Source: an uncultured Candidatus Izemoplasmatales bacterium | GTDB taxonomy: Bacteria > Bacillota_I > Bacilli_A > Izemoplasmatales > Izemoplasmataceae | DNA: 64,000 nt | Direction: 5' to 3' | Assembly: GCA_964386055.1 (NCBI GenBank) | Contig: CAYLQZ010000002.1 | Location: 5,672-69,671, forward strand | Shown: piece after piece, positions 9,438-20,088 of the stretch | Numbering within the stretch: position 1 is the stretch's first letter | How the letters are laid out: each line of letters starts with the position of its first letter | Position numbers and translations under genes: made by a program | The notes under the pieces: model-generated | Seen by the model: the letters and a program-made list of their open reading frames with translations, nothing else | Database searches by the model: none | Told to the model about the DNA's origin: nothing

Positions 9438-9465
9438 TGTTAACATAATATATATTATAGGAAGT
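9438..9465 (-). other. dif: dif-like Xer recombination site (chromosome dimer resolution)
   Basis: Minus-strand 28-mer ACTTCCTATAATATATATTATGTTAACA matches my recollection of B. subtilis dif (ACTTCCTAGAATATATATTATGTAAACT) at 25 of 28 positions. It lies in a gene-free gap. Confidence 0.75.
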
Positions 9466-9723
9466 AACAAGCGTTAAACAAAAATCACTGCTTTTGCAGT
9501 GAAAAGATGTTTAATGAATATGATTGTTATATTAAACGTGGTGTTTTAGGGAAAGGGAGCTTGGTAATTGTGGTCACTAAAAATAAATGACTATGTTTAT
9601 TTAGTGGTTCTACTTTTTCTTGAATATGTCAGAATAATTTATCCATAGTGCGCATTTATCATGTTGCTTTGATGTGAAACCTTACTGAGATAAAAACACG
9701 CTTAGAACGCAAATTTTGATTGT

Positions 9724-10518
9724 TTATTCAATTGTCAGTTTTTCGACTAATGTAAGATCTAATGATTCGCTAAATCTTAACGCTTCTTTAAACGCATCAT
9801 CATTTAAGTGTTTAGGATTATGTGCATCTGAACCCACCATAAAAGTTGCGCCTAGCTCTTTCGCTCTTTTAAAAAACTCTTTTCTTGGATATCGATAATG
9901 TGTTCCATCTTTCGACTCAATTAATCCTTTTCTAATCCCTTGTGCATTAATCTCTAGTGGAATATTTTGTTCAATTGAAGCATGTATGATCTGATCAGCA
10001 ACTTTTTTTGCAGTGTCATCAAAAGAATCATAGCCACTCATATACACATCAGGGTGTGCGACCGCTACATAATATCCGCTCTTAATCGCTTTTTCAACAA
10101 TCGCGCCATAAGCTAGTATTTGTTCTTTAGTATTTAAGTTAAATCCTGACTTAAATGGATGTTTTCCGTCTTTCCATGGAACAAAGTGCTGACCAAGAAT
10201 CATATAATCAACGTACGTCAAGAGATATTCATAGTATTCTTTGTTTGGTTCTGTATATTCAGTTTCTAAGCCAATAAATACTTTGATTTTATCGCTATAA
10301 CCTTTTTTAGCCTCATTAAGTTCATCTACATAGTCATGAAATTTACTCCACGGCATGCGAACATGGCTATTTTGATGTAAGGTTGATGGTGCATGATCAG
10401 AAATTCCTATTGCTTTAAATCCTTCTTTAATCGCGGCGTTGATATAATCTTTGCCGTTTCCTTTTGCGTGCCCACACAGTTCGTGGTGTGTATGGTAGTT
10501 TGTCTTGATTGTTTGCAT
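9724..10518 (-). CDS. PHP-domain histidinol-phosphatase family hydrolase
   Basis: YHTHHELCGHA metal-binding N-terminus plus later GSDAH motif. 264 aa. Confidence 0.75.
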   Translation of the reverse strand: MQTIKTNYHTHHELCGHAKGNGKDYINAAIKEGFKAIGISDHAPSTLHQNSHVRMPWSKFHDYVDELNEAKKGYSDKIKVFIGLETEYTEPNKEYYEYLLTYVDYMILGQHFVPWKDGKHPFKSGFNLNTKEQILAYGAIVEKAIKSGYYVAVAHPDVYMSGYDSFDDTAKKVADQIIHASIEQNIPLEINAQGIRKGLIESKDGTHYRYPRKEFFKRAKELGATFMVGSDAHNPKHLNDDAFKEALRFSESLDLTLVEKLTIE

Positions 10519-10710
10519 GGTTATACCCTCTCACATGTCTATAAATTGATTTCTAAGCGGTTTTTTAATGTAATACTATAATGATTGCGGCCGTATGGCA
10601 AAAGCGACGCTAAACGACTTTAAATCTTCATTAATTATAACAGTTTTCTGCATTTTATGCGAACGCTATACACGGTTCAATGATATAATAGCGTTTGAGG
10701 TGATGATACG

Positions 10711-11970
10711 ATGCAAAAACGCCCACTCGCATATAGATTACGGCCAACAACGGTTGATCAAGTCGTTGGTCAAAACCATTTAGTTGGTGAAAATGGGGTT
10801 ATACGCAAAATGATTGAGGCTAAACAGTATTTTTCATTGGTGCTATATGGTCCTCCAGGCATTGGAAAAACTACCATTGCAAACATTGTCGCAGCGGAAT
10901 TCGGGTTAAATACCTTTACCTTTAATGCTTCTACTGATTCTAAAGCGGCCTTAAAAGAGATTGTGAATCAAGCTAAAAATTATAATGCTTTAGTGATTGT
11001 TGATGAAATACATCGGATGAAAAAAGATATTCAAGATTATTTGTTGCCACACGTGGAAAATGGAACCTTAATAATTATTGGTTTAACTACAAACAATCCT
11101 TATCATAGTGTGAACCCAGCAATTCGTTCTAGATGCCACGTTTTAAAGTTAAATTCTATTTCCGATAACGACCTAAAAATATTCTTAAAAAATCTACCAA
11201 ATCTTATTCCAGATGATTTGAGTGCTAACTTTAATGATGAAGTTATCGATTATATAGTTCGTGCGTCAAACAGGGAAATAAGAACTGCAATCAATATGAT
11301 GGAAATTCTAAACATTGCTTATCCTAAGCAAGTCATTGATCTTAAAAAAGCAAAATATGTTATATTGAAACCGGCATTAGATTTAGATAAAAACGAAGAT
11401 AACTATTTTAATATACTATCAGCCCTTCAAAAATCGATTCGTGGTAGCGATGTGGATGCCGCTTTACATTATTTAGCAAGATTGGTTAAAATGGAAGATT
11501 TAGACAGTATTTTAAGAAGATTAACCGTTATTGCTTATGAGGATGTCGGACTCGCAAACGCTTCTATCTATAGTAAAATGGATGCGTGTGCACGCGCGTG
11601 TGAACGCGTCGGGTTTCCTGAGGCGCGCATCCCTCTGGCAAACTTAGTAGTTGAGATGGCGTTATCGCCAAAGTCTAATACTGCCTACAAAGCATTAGAT
11701 CAAGCGCTTGAAGACCTTGATGATGGAAAGATGTATAAGATTCCCAATCATCTCATCAATGTCGACAATTTCGAATCGAAAGAGCCTTATTTATACCCTC
11801 ATGACTATAAAGGCCATATTATTGCACAAGCTTATATGCCAAAAGAATTACAAGGCAAAAAATATTTTCACCCCACGAACACTTCAAAATTAGAACGAAC
11901 ACTCAGTGAACGAAAACAAAAAATTGATGCCATACTTAATAAAAATACATCCAACACTAAAGGAGATTAA
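10711..11970 (+). CDS. rarA: replication-associated recombination protein A (MgsA/RarA AAA+ ATPase)
   Basis: PLAYRLRP, Walker A GPPGIGKTT, DEIHR Walker B, and a conserved C-terminal MgsA domain. Confidence 0.9.
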   Translation: MQKRPLAYRLRPTTVDQVVGQNHLVGENGVIRKMIEAKQYFSLVLYGPPGIGKTTIANIVAAEFGLNTFTFNASTDSKAALKEIVNQAKNYNALVIVDEIHRMKKDIQDYLLPHVENGTLIIIGLTTNNPYHSVNPAIRSRCHVLKLNSISDNDLKIFLKNLPNLIPDDLSANFNDEVIDYIVRASNREIRTAINMMEILNIAYPKQVIDLKKAKYVILKPALDLDKNEDNYFNILSALQKSIRGSDVDAALHYLARLVKMEDLDSILRRLTVIAYEDVGLANASIYSKMDACARACERVGFPEARIPLANLVVEMALSPKSNTAYKALDQALEDLDDGKMYKIPNHLINVDNFESKEPYLYPHDYKGHIIAQAYMPKELQGKKYFHPTNTSKLERTLSERKQKIDAILNKNTSNTKGD

Positions 11971-11971
11971 C

Positions 11972-12775
11972 ATGAAAGATATAGTGCAAACCGCAAAGAA
12001 TATGGAGTATGCTTTTTTATTCCACGACGAAAATCATCAAAAAACTTTCTTTGAAGGCCCCAAAAATGAGGTTCTTCACACTGAGGATGCAGTTTTATTT
12101 ATAGAACACCTTAGAAATCGCATTATGGTGTATCCTGCATTTAATGATAAACGTGCATTAAAACGGGCACTGGGTGGGTTATATCCACTTTTAAGCAGCA
12201 AGGAAACCGTTTATATTGAAGTAGGTGAATCCGTTAAGAATAAAGGCATTTTAGAATCGCTCCACAAAACCTTTATTGATATAGGATGTACGTTAGTAAG
12301 TGAAAATTTAGCCATGCGTTGTAAAAAAATATCGCTAAAGCGACCTTATATCACCGATAACGTTTCCTCTTTCAAAGGCGACCCTAAAACGCTATACGAT
12401 TTAAGCAATGATTTGCTTGAACGATCGTTATTTAACATGAGTTTTGATGAATTTCAAGCCATGCTCAATAGTGACCAATATATCACGCTGACTATTGAGG
12501 ATGAAACCAAGATTAAAGGCTTCATTTATGGCATGATTTATAACGAAGGGAAATCCGTGTTCATCCGTGGCTTAGGGGTTCAACAAGCTTTTCAAGGGAT
12601 GGGACTTTCCAAAAAACTAATACAAGGACTGTTTGAACACAGTGATCTAGTAGGCGTTAAATCTTCCATGTTGTGGGTTGACGCTATGAACAAGAAAGCT
12701 TTAAATTTATATAAACAGTTTGATTATCGTTTTGATGGAGATAAAGAAAGATTATATGCCTATCGCCTCAGATAA
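11972..12775 (+). CDS. two-domain protein with a C-terminal GNAT acetyltransferase domain
   Basis: AAAGGAG RBS before the ATG at 11972. C-terminal IRGLGVQQAFQGMGLSKKL acetyl-CoA motif. Confidence 0.6.
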   Translation: MKDIVQTAKNMEYAFLFHDENHQKTFFEGPKNEVLHTEDAVLFIEHLRNRIMVYPAFNDKRALKRALGGLYPLLSSKETVYIEVGESVKNKGILESLHKTFIDIGCTLVSENLAMRCKKISLKRPYITDNVSSFKGDPKTLYDLSNDLLERSLFNMSFDEFQAMLNSDQYITLTIEDETKIKGFIYGMIYNEGKSVFIRGLGVQQAFQGMGLSKKLIQGLFEHSDLVGVKSSMLWVDAMNKKALNLYKQFDYRFDGDKERLYAYRLR

Positions 12776-12802
12776 AAAAAAACAGACAATGTCTGTTTTT
12801 TT
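12774..12802. terminator. bidirectional terminator
   Basis: A8-CAGAC / GTCTG-T7 hairpin. Confidence 0.8.
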
Positions 12803-12813
12803 AATGGATTATA

Positions 12814-13857
12814 TTATAATTTAAAGTCACCTTCAGTAATGTAGCCTTTCTTTCTAAAAACTACATCCAGAATATAAACGCCAATAATTGGCAAGATGAA
12901 GTGTAATATTAAAATGCTAATATAGACATTTAGTGAATGGCCCATTGCATCTAACACGCCAATTTGACCTACAAAACTGCTTGTTCCCATCCCAGCGCCA
13001 ACTTCTGTACTCTCAATCACGAAAAGTAAAGTAGATAACGGACCTAAAACAGCACTTATAATGATAGGGGGAAGCCAAATAATAGGTTTTTTTAAGATGT
13101 TTTTAAACTGTAACATACTGGTTCCAACCGCTATCGATAACACCGTTCCAATATTATTATCTTTACGACTCATAACGGCGAAGCCTAACATTTGAGTCGC
13201 GCCACCAACAACCGCAGCGCCCCCTGCAATGCCAACTAATCCGACATTTTCACTCATCGAACTAATCGAAAAGGCAATTGCCGCTGAAGAAATCGGAGAG
13301 GTTAAAGCCATGCCCATCAGTACCGCAATAACAATCCCCATAAAGAATGGTGTATATTCGGTGGCACTTTTAATATACGCTCCAACGCCCTGCATGAATA
13401 ACGAAACTGGCTCTCCTATAATTGAAGCAACCGCAAATGCGATGATTGCAGAAATAAGCGGGATTAGTATAATATCAAGCGGGGTTTTCTTCCGTAATAT
13501 AAAACGCACCCCTTCAATGGCAGCAATGGTTGTTAAATACGCAACAACAGGATCACCTAAAACAGATGTTCCAATCCCACCAGCAATTCCTCCTGCAATT
13601 AAACTTAACCCATTGAGGCCCAATGACCAGGCAACCCCAATACCGATTCCAATTCCCATAAAGCTTTTCAGTGTATTGGCAAGTGCAATCATGCTATCGG
13701 GTAAAGTATCCCCTAAAAACCCAATATTTCCAAACAGAATTCCAATTTGTTCGATAATGACACCAATGATTAACGTTGAAAATAGCCCAAGTGCCATCCC
13801 GTTCAACGTTTTAATCAAATAATTCAAAATACGCTTAGAACGCTTTTCTTCATTCAT
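12814..13857 (-). CDS. polytopic membrane permease, possibly PTS EIIC_2-like
   Basis: 347 aa, about 10 predicted TM helices, glycine-rich. The family call is from memory of N-terminal similarity only. Confidence 0.4.
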   Translation of the reverse strand: MNEEKRSKRILNYLIKTLNGMALGLFSTLIIGVIIEQIGILFGNIGFLGDTLPDSMIALANTLKSFMGIGIGIGVAWSLGLNGLSLIAGGIAGGIGTSVLGDPVVAYLTTIAAIEGVRFILRKKTPLDIILIPLISAIIAFAVASIIGEPVSLFMQGVGAYIKSATEYTPFFMGIVIAVLMGMALTSPISSAAIAFSISSMSENVGLVGIAGGAAVVGGATQMLGFAVMSRKDNNIGTVLSIAVGTSMLQFKNILKKPIIWLPPIIISAVLGPLSTLLFVIESTEVGAGMGTSSFVGQIGVLDAMGHSLNVYISILILHFILPIIGVYILDVVFRKKGYITEGDFKL

Positions 13858-14021
13858 GATTTATCCTCATTTCATATATTTTCTATTCTATACTAACATA
13901 TCGGCTGTATGTATTTCGACTATTTCATTAAAAACATTTTTTTTACTATATATCTCCATAATAATGGGGGCGTTACAGAATTTTAAACAAATGAAATGTG
14001 AGGCCCTTATAGGGATTAGTA

Positions 14022-14699
14022 TTAAATACTAGGTGCTTTTTTGAATATATCTAATAGGTCTAAAATAGTATCGATTGTATAATCGGCATCTTCCAACTCA
14101 CCAGGGGTGCCATAGCCGTATTTTACGCCTATGGTTTGAATGTTATTTTGTTTGCCTGCTTTTATGTCATAAGTTTTATCGCCGACAATGACCATGTCCT
14201 TTAATAACTGTGGCTTTAATTTTTCTAGCACATCTTCTTTATGGTTTACGCCAGGATAGGATTCACTACATACCATATAATCAAAGTATCTACCTAAACT
14301 AAATGCTTGAGTGTGCGCATGCAAGTAATAATTTTGGCAATTACTAATAAATACCAGTTCATAGCCTCGACCTTTAAGCGTTTTTAACACATCATCAGCC
14401 CAATCATAAAGTTCGGCTTCGTTATTTTTGATACTACTAAATAAGCTTGCTCTAAGAATATGAGCGGCTTGGTCTTTAATTTCGGCGTCTAAGTCTTTCC
14501 CGAAGACATTCCACATTTCGTGAGGGGGAACACCTAAAAAGCTTTGAATTTCTTCATCCGACCAGTCATAAGGCTCCACATAGTCATTCTCGACTAAATA
14601 ATTGAATGCCTTTTTAAATGCTTTAGGATAAATTTTCATCGTATCATGTAAGGTTCCATCGTAATCAAATAAGATGGTGCGCACATTTTTAAAGTCCAT
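14022..14699 (-). CDS. HAD-superfamily phosphatase
   Basis: DYDGTL motif I, ISN motif II, GDKTYD motif IV. Confidence 0.8.
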   Translation of the reverse strand: MDFKNVRTILFDYDGTLHDTMKIYPKAFKKAFNYLVENDYVEPYDWSDEEIQSFLGVPPHEMWNVFGKDLDAEIKDQAAHILRASLFSSIKNNEAELYDWADDVLKTLKGRGYELVFISNCQNYYLHAHTQAFSLGRYFDYMVCSESYPGVNHKEDVLEKLKPQLLKDMVIVGDKTYDIKAGKQNNIQTIGVKYGYGTPGELEDADYTIDTILDLLDIFKKAPSI

Positions 14700-14737
14700 T
14701 ATATCACTCGATTCTATTGATTTTGTATGTACACTAA

Positions 14738-16291
<1,554 letters not shown>

Positions 16292-16447
16292 TTACTATAT
16301 TACCAGTTTTATGGGGGAAATGTCTATATCCTATCTTATAAGTCATCTAATCAATTATCTTTAAATGGCTTTAAAAAGGGGATTGGTACTATTTTTTAAA
16401 TCTTCGATAAAGCAACAATACTTCTCTAAATCACCATTATGATCGAT

Positions 16448-16496
16448 AAAACAAACTAAAAGGAATGACTTTAGTTCAATGCTGATGTCATTCCTT
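16448..16496 (-). terminator. rho-independent terminator closing the four-gene cassette
   Basis: AAGGAATGAC / GTCATTCCTT stem followed by a T-rich run on the minus strand. Confidence 0.75.
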
Positions 16497-16553
16497 ATGG
16501 GTTATATAACGCTTATTTATTCAATTTTTGAGGGCCACCATAATAGGGAAATA

Positions 16554-17057
16554 TTATGATTTTAGTACGTTTTGACTGCGTTCTTTTAATGCGTTGATTA
16601 AATCTTCTGTTTTGGGGTTGTTAAGTAATAGAATTTTTCTAACTTTCATATTGGTTTTATGAGATTTAAAGTACAAAAAGACTTTTTGGTATCGTCTAAA
16701 TCCATATAGCGTTTTAATAAGACGATAACTTTGAAGTTCATTATAATTAAATGTTTCATGGTTAGCGTGTGGGCTTTTAAATACCATCTTTTGATCGTCT
16801 AACGTTACTTCAAGATCACGGTATTGAACCCAATCTTTATAAAAGTACCATATCGTTAAGGCTAAGGCGATTCCAATAATCAATAAAATATTGATTACCC
16901 ATAAATCTCCTATTAGCATCCATTCCCCTTCATCGGTGAATATGGTTCGTATCACAACAAACAGAAAAACTGACCCGAAAAAGGCGCCAACCCCTATCAA
17001 AATAATTAAACTTTTTAGACTTAGCGTATCTGACTGTATGGTTTTATTCATCATCAT
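16554..17057 (-). CDS. membrane protein with 2 TM helices and a cytoplasmic bPH-like C-terminal domain
   Basis: Two hydrophobic helices followed by about 90 aa soluble. Three consecutive ATGs (17057-17049) directly after a GAGGG RBS, and the third is the likely start. Only 8 nt after the NYN gene stop. Confidence 0.55.
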   Translation of the reverse strand: MMMNKTIQSDTLSLKSLIILIGVGAFFGSVFLFVVIRTIFTDEGEWMLIGDLWVINILLIIGIALALTIWYFYKDWVQYRDLEVTLDDQKMVFKSPHANHETFNYNELQSYRLIKTLYGFRRYQKVFLYFKSHKTNMKVRKILLLNNPKTEDLINALKERSQNVLKS

Positions 17058-17065
17058 CCCTCAAA

Positions 17066-17851
17066 TCAATGGGTGTTTTTACTTTTAATATAGGCTACTT
17101 TTTCTTCGATTTTTACATCGAATCCTTTATGGCGCTTGAAAAAGGTTAACGATCTAATGTTTTGACCATAATTTCGAGGGTGAAACCCTGGAAATTTCTT
17201 TTGTAATAGATCAGCCACAACACTCCAATAAGCCCATCCATCATCTTCTACGTTTGATTTAATAATATTTTTAAGCTCATCTTCAATCCGTTTTAATGGA
17301 GTAATCGATGATTCGGTTTTCCCATTTTTCTTTTTCTTAGTGTCTTTTGCATCAGATGGTTTAGATTTAACATCTGGTTCTTTTATGTCTTTATCGTCTT
17401 CGCTATCAGAAAACATCTTATCTAAATAAGAAAATGACGCGCAAGCATTGACTAAAGATAATGGGGTTTTACTTTCTCCCATGCCCATAACAAACATGTT
17501 ATCTTCTCTTAAGCGGGTAACAAGTTTCGTAAAATCACTATCCGAAGATACAATGCAAAAGCCTTCTACTTTACGGCTATATAAAATATCCATCGCATCG
17601 ATGATTAACGTAAAGTCACTAACATTTTTACTTTTAGATTTTGTGTAAGTGTTTTGTTGAACAGGGGTTAAAGCAAAATCATGGATGATTTGTTTCCATG
17701 GTTTTACATAATCAGTTGTCCAATCTCCATATACTCTACGATATGTGACATTTCCGTATTTATTCGCCTCATCAATGATAATTTCAATATACTTTGCGGA
17801 AATATTTTCCGCATCAATTAAGAGGGCAATGCTCCTGTTTTCGATATCCAT
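17066..17851 (-). CDS. NYN-domain (LabA-like) ribonuclease with a C-terminal OST-HTH/LOTUS domain
   Basis: LIDAENIS and SSDSDFTKLV acidic NYN motifs. Lys-rich linker. C-terminal WAYWSVVADLLQKKFPGFHPRNYG LOTUS-like segment. Confidence 0.75.
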   Translation of the reverse strand: MDIENRSIALLIDAENISAKYIEIIIDEANKYGNVTYRRVYGDWTTDYVKPWKQIIHDFALTPVQQNTYTKSKSKNVSDFTLIIDAMDILYSRKVEGFCIVSSDSDFTKLVTRLREDNMFVMGMGESKTPLSLVNACASFSYLDKMFSDSEDDKDIKEPDVKSKPSDAKDTKKKKNGKTESSITPLKRIEDELKNIIKSNVEDDGWAYWSVVADLLQKKFPGFHPRNYGQNIRSLTFFKRHKGFDVKIEEKVAYIKSKNTH

Positions 17852-17881
17852 AATCGGTCCTTTCTTAGTACAGTTTAATAT

Positions 17882-19384
17882 TTAATTTAAAAAGCGTTCT
17901 GGCTTTTTAGCCGTTGGATAATATTCAATATTTTCTAAAGGAATGCCTAAATAATAGTGTAAATAATATACATCAATTAAATGAGAATAGACAGCAGCTT
18001 GTTTTTCAAGTTTGCCGTTTTCATCAATAGTAAATTGAATATGGGCCTTTTGATTGAGTTGCGCATCTTCACTTTCGATGCGCAGCAGTGTATTATGATT
18101 TTTACAAAATTGTTTAAAAGTATTTAACAGCATCTCATCAATGTTCCAAAACTCGACACTTAACTGCAGGGTTTTATTCACATCATGATTGAGTTTATTT
18201 GGAAACATATCTTTTAAAGGAATGATATCATCAATATCAAAATCTTCATTGCCACACGATTGTACAAAGGCTTCTTTAGCACGAGGGTTTTCAAACGTGA
18301 TCAACGTTACATAAGGCATGAATATTTCTATTCCTTGTAGCGTGGAGAGCTGATAAAACTCATCTTCACTAAGTTCGTAAAAATAACTTTCATCCATATT
18401 TAATACCGCTTTTACCATGCTTAAGATATCAAAGTAGTTTAACACTTTAGACCGCATCATCATATCATAATCTTGCAGGGTCAATCCGTGGGGATCAGCC
18501 GCATTAAAATCAATAAAATCACTTAATTCAATTGTAAACTGCGCATCTTTTAAAATTAATTGATGTGCAGGCGTATAGCCTTGTGACGTTGCTTTATCTT
18601 TTATAGCCCCTGCGTTTACGACGACTTTAACAAAATCTGAGTCCCTTGCATATCTTAAGACTTGATGGTATAAATTCAACCCAAAGCTATTATGGTCATT
18701 CACGTTAAACCCCCGCGCTAACAAGAAATTCAAAGACGTTTCAAACATATGTACATTTTCTTGTTGGCAGACATGCATGAATAAATCAGTATCGATAAAA
18801 GCACTTAAATCTTTAACCGCTTCTATATGGTCTAATAATTCAGGGTTAAACGCAATGATATCATATATGATACTTTCATCATTTAATAATCCTTTTATAC
18901 TAGGCTCACGTGCTAAATACCCAAATACTTCATGGTTGGTAAGCGCCAACCGCAAGAGATCTTTGTGCCCACTAGGGTGTGGTGCATAGCGTGAATAAAA
19001 CTGTTTAAAGTAATCCAAGTCTTTATATAAAATAATGTATTCGTACATGTAAAGTAAATGTTCGTTTGAGAATTCAAACGATTCAAGTGTCATTAATAAA
19101 AAATGTTCTCTTTCAAACATTAATAGTAATATAAGCAATGGCAAATCCATTTGATTGAAAAAGTCGGAATAATCATAGGATTCAAGTAAATGCTTAAAGA
19201 TATTTTCACTATCATAAGCAATGGCAAGTTCAATTGGATCTAACATATTCCCTTCATCAAAAGGATCAAAGACTTTTTCAAACGCCTCCACATCATCGCT
19301 TTTCACAGCACTTGCCCATTCAAGCCAATCAAACAAATCATCACTCAATAAAAAACTTTTATACGCATCATACATGGCGTTCAC
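17882..19384 (-). CDS. ankyrin-repeat protein with an unknown C-terminal domain
   Basis: 500 aa. Clear ANK units around LLARGFNVNDHNSFGLNLYHQVL and VVNAGAIKDKATSQGYTPAHQL. The C-terminal ~190 aa match no motif I recognise. Confidence 0.6.
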   Translation of the reverse strand: MNAMYDAYKSFLLSDDLFDWLEWASAVKSDDVEAFEKVFDPFDEGNMLDPIELAIAYDSENIFKHLLESYDYSDFFNQMDLPLLILLLMFEREHFLLMTLESFEFSNEHLLYMYEYIILYKDLDYFKQFYSRYAPHPSGHKDLLRLALTNHEVFGYLAREPSIKGLLNDESIIYDIIAFNPELLDHIEAVKDLSAFIDTDLFMHVCQQENVHMFETSLNFLLARGFNVNDHNSFGLNLYHQVLRYARDSDFVKVVVNAGAIKDKATSQGYTPAHQLILKDAQFTIELSDFIDFNAADPHGLTLQDYDMMMRSKVLNYFDILSMVKAVLNMDESYFYELSEDEFYQLSTLQGIEIFMPYVTLITFENPRAKEAFVQSCGNEDFDIDDIIPLKDMFPNKLNHDVNKTLQLSVEFWNIDEMLLNTFKQFCKNHNTLLRIESEDAQLNQKAHIQFTIDENGKLEKQAAVYSHLIDVYYLHYYLGIPLENIEYYPTAKKPERFLN

Positions 19385-19396
19385 TCCATTCAGTCA

Positions 19397-19960
19397 TTAT
19401 TGCTTGTCAATATTCTGGTCGTTTAACCCGTTGTTTTGTGCATTCATCATTTGTTCAAAAGCACTCCCAATCGCGCTAGTATTTGATAAATCTTTCATCA
19501 TTCCACTCATTTGGATGGTACCGGGTTGAACATTGATATCATCAAAGATTAAATAATTTGACGTTGGAATCTTGTGAGAAAAATCTAATAATCTAATAAT
19601 CTTTTTAATGAGATTTTTCGCTATAAACTTAATAAGCATACTTAAATAATACACTAAAATAAACGGGATAAATACAATGAAAACTAACACCGATAATAGC
19701 GTGTAAAATTTTCGATAATTTTGTTGCGTAAGCGCCTTTTTTTGAAACAATTTCGCTTGCAAAGTAATAAACCATCGAAACACAAACGCAAATAATCTTT
19801 CAATTAAATACGCTACACACACCATTAAAAATAAAAACGTATGTAACGGGATAAATACAATCAAAAGCAATCCCTTCACAATGGTTTCACTCCGTTTAAA
19901 ATCTTGCATATGTAATAAATCTTTATAGGGTTTAAGTCCTTTTAGTAACGTGTTTTTCAT
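19397..19960 (-). CDS. membrane protein (3-4 TM) with a polar C-terminal tail
   Basis: AAGGATGA RBS before the ATG at 19960 (the track starts at the TTG at 19963). First gene of the cassette. Confidence 0.55.
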   Translation of the reverse strand: MKNTLLKGLKPYKDLLHMQDFKRSETIVKGLLLIVFIPLHTFLFLMVCVAYLIERLFAFVFRWFITLQAKLFQKKALTQQNYRKFYTLLSVLVFIVFIPFILVYYLSMLIKFIAKNLIKKIIRLLDFSHKIPTSNYLIFDDINVQPGTIQMSGMMKDLSNTSAIGSAFEQMMNAQNNGLNDQNIDKQ

Positions 19961-20045
19961 CAAATCATCCTTTGTTTAAAATCACCTTAATTGTATCATA
20001 CCCTTCAGTAAAAACATACCCAATAAACGCCCCTTATCGCAATTT

Positions 20046-20087
20046 TTATAAAAAATCCCTTTATGAGTTTTGATACTCATAAAGGGA
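20046..20087 (-). terminator. rho-independent terminator after the Fur-family gene
   Basis: TCCCTTTATGAGT / ACTCATAAAGGGA stem followed by T6 on the minus strand. Confidence 0.85.
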
Positions 20088-20088
20088 C

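Noticed and set aside
9507-9590. 27-codon ORF (MFNEYDCYIKRGVLGKGSLVIVVTKNK) next to the dif site.
   Set aside because: It has only a weak purine stretch as RBS and no supporting features. It is kept only as part of the flagged non-coding region.
10595-10783. 62-aa ORF overlapping the rarA start.
   Set aside because: It is out of frame with rarA and overlaps it, has no RBS, and lies in the divergent promoter region.
13229-13822. 197-aa plus-strand ORF inside the membrane permease gene. There are similar long antisense ORFs at 4706-5146, 24152-24643, 43335-43712, 889-1182 and the series 62542-63469 opposite dnaJ/dnaK.
   Set aside because: All lie fully antisense to genes with strong family motifs, lack RBS-like sequences, and have low-complexity or Ser/Pro/Ile-rich translations typical of shadow ORFs.
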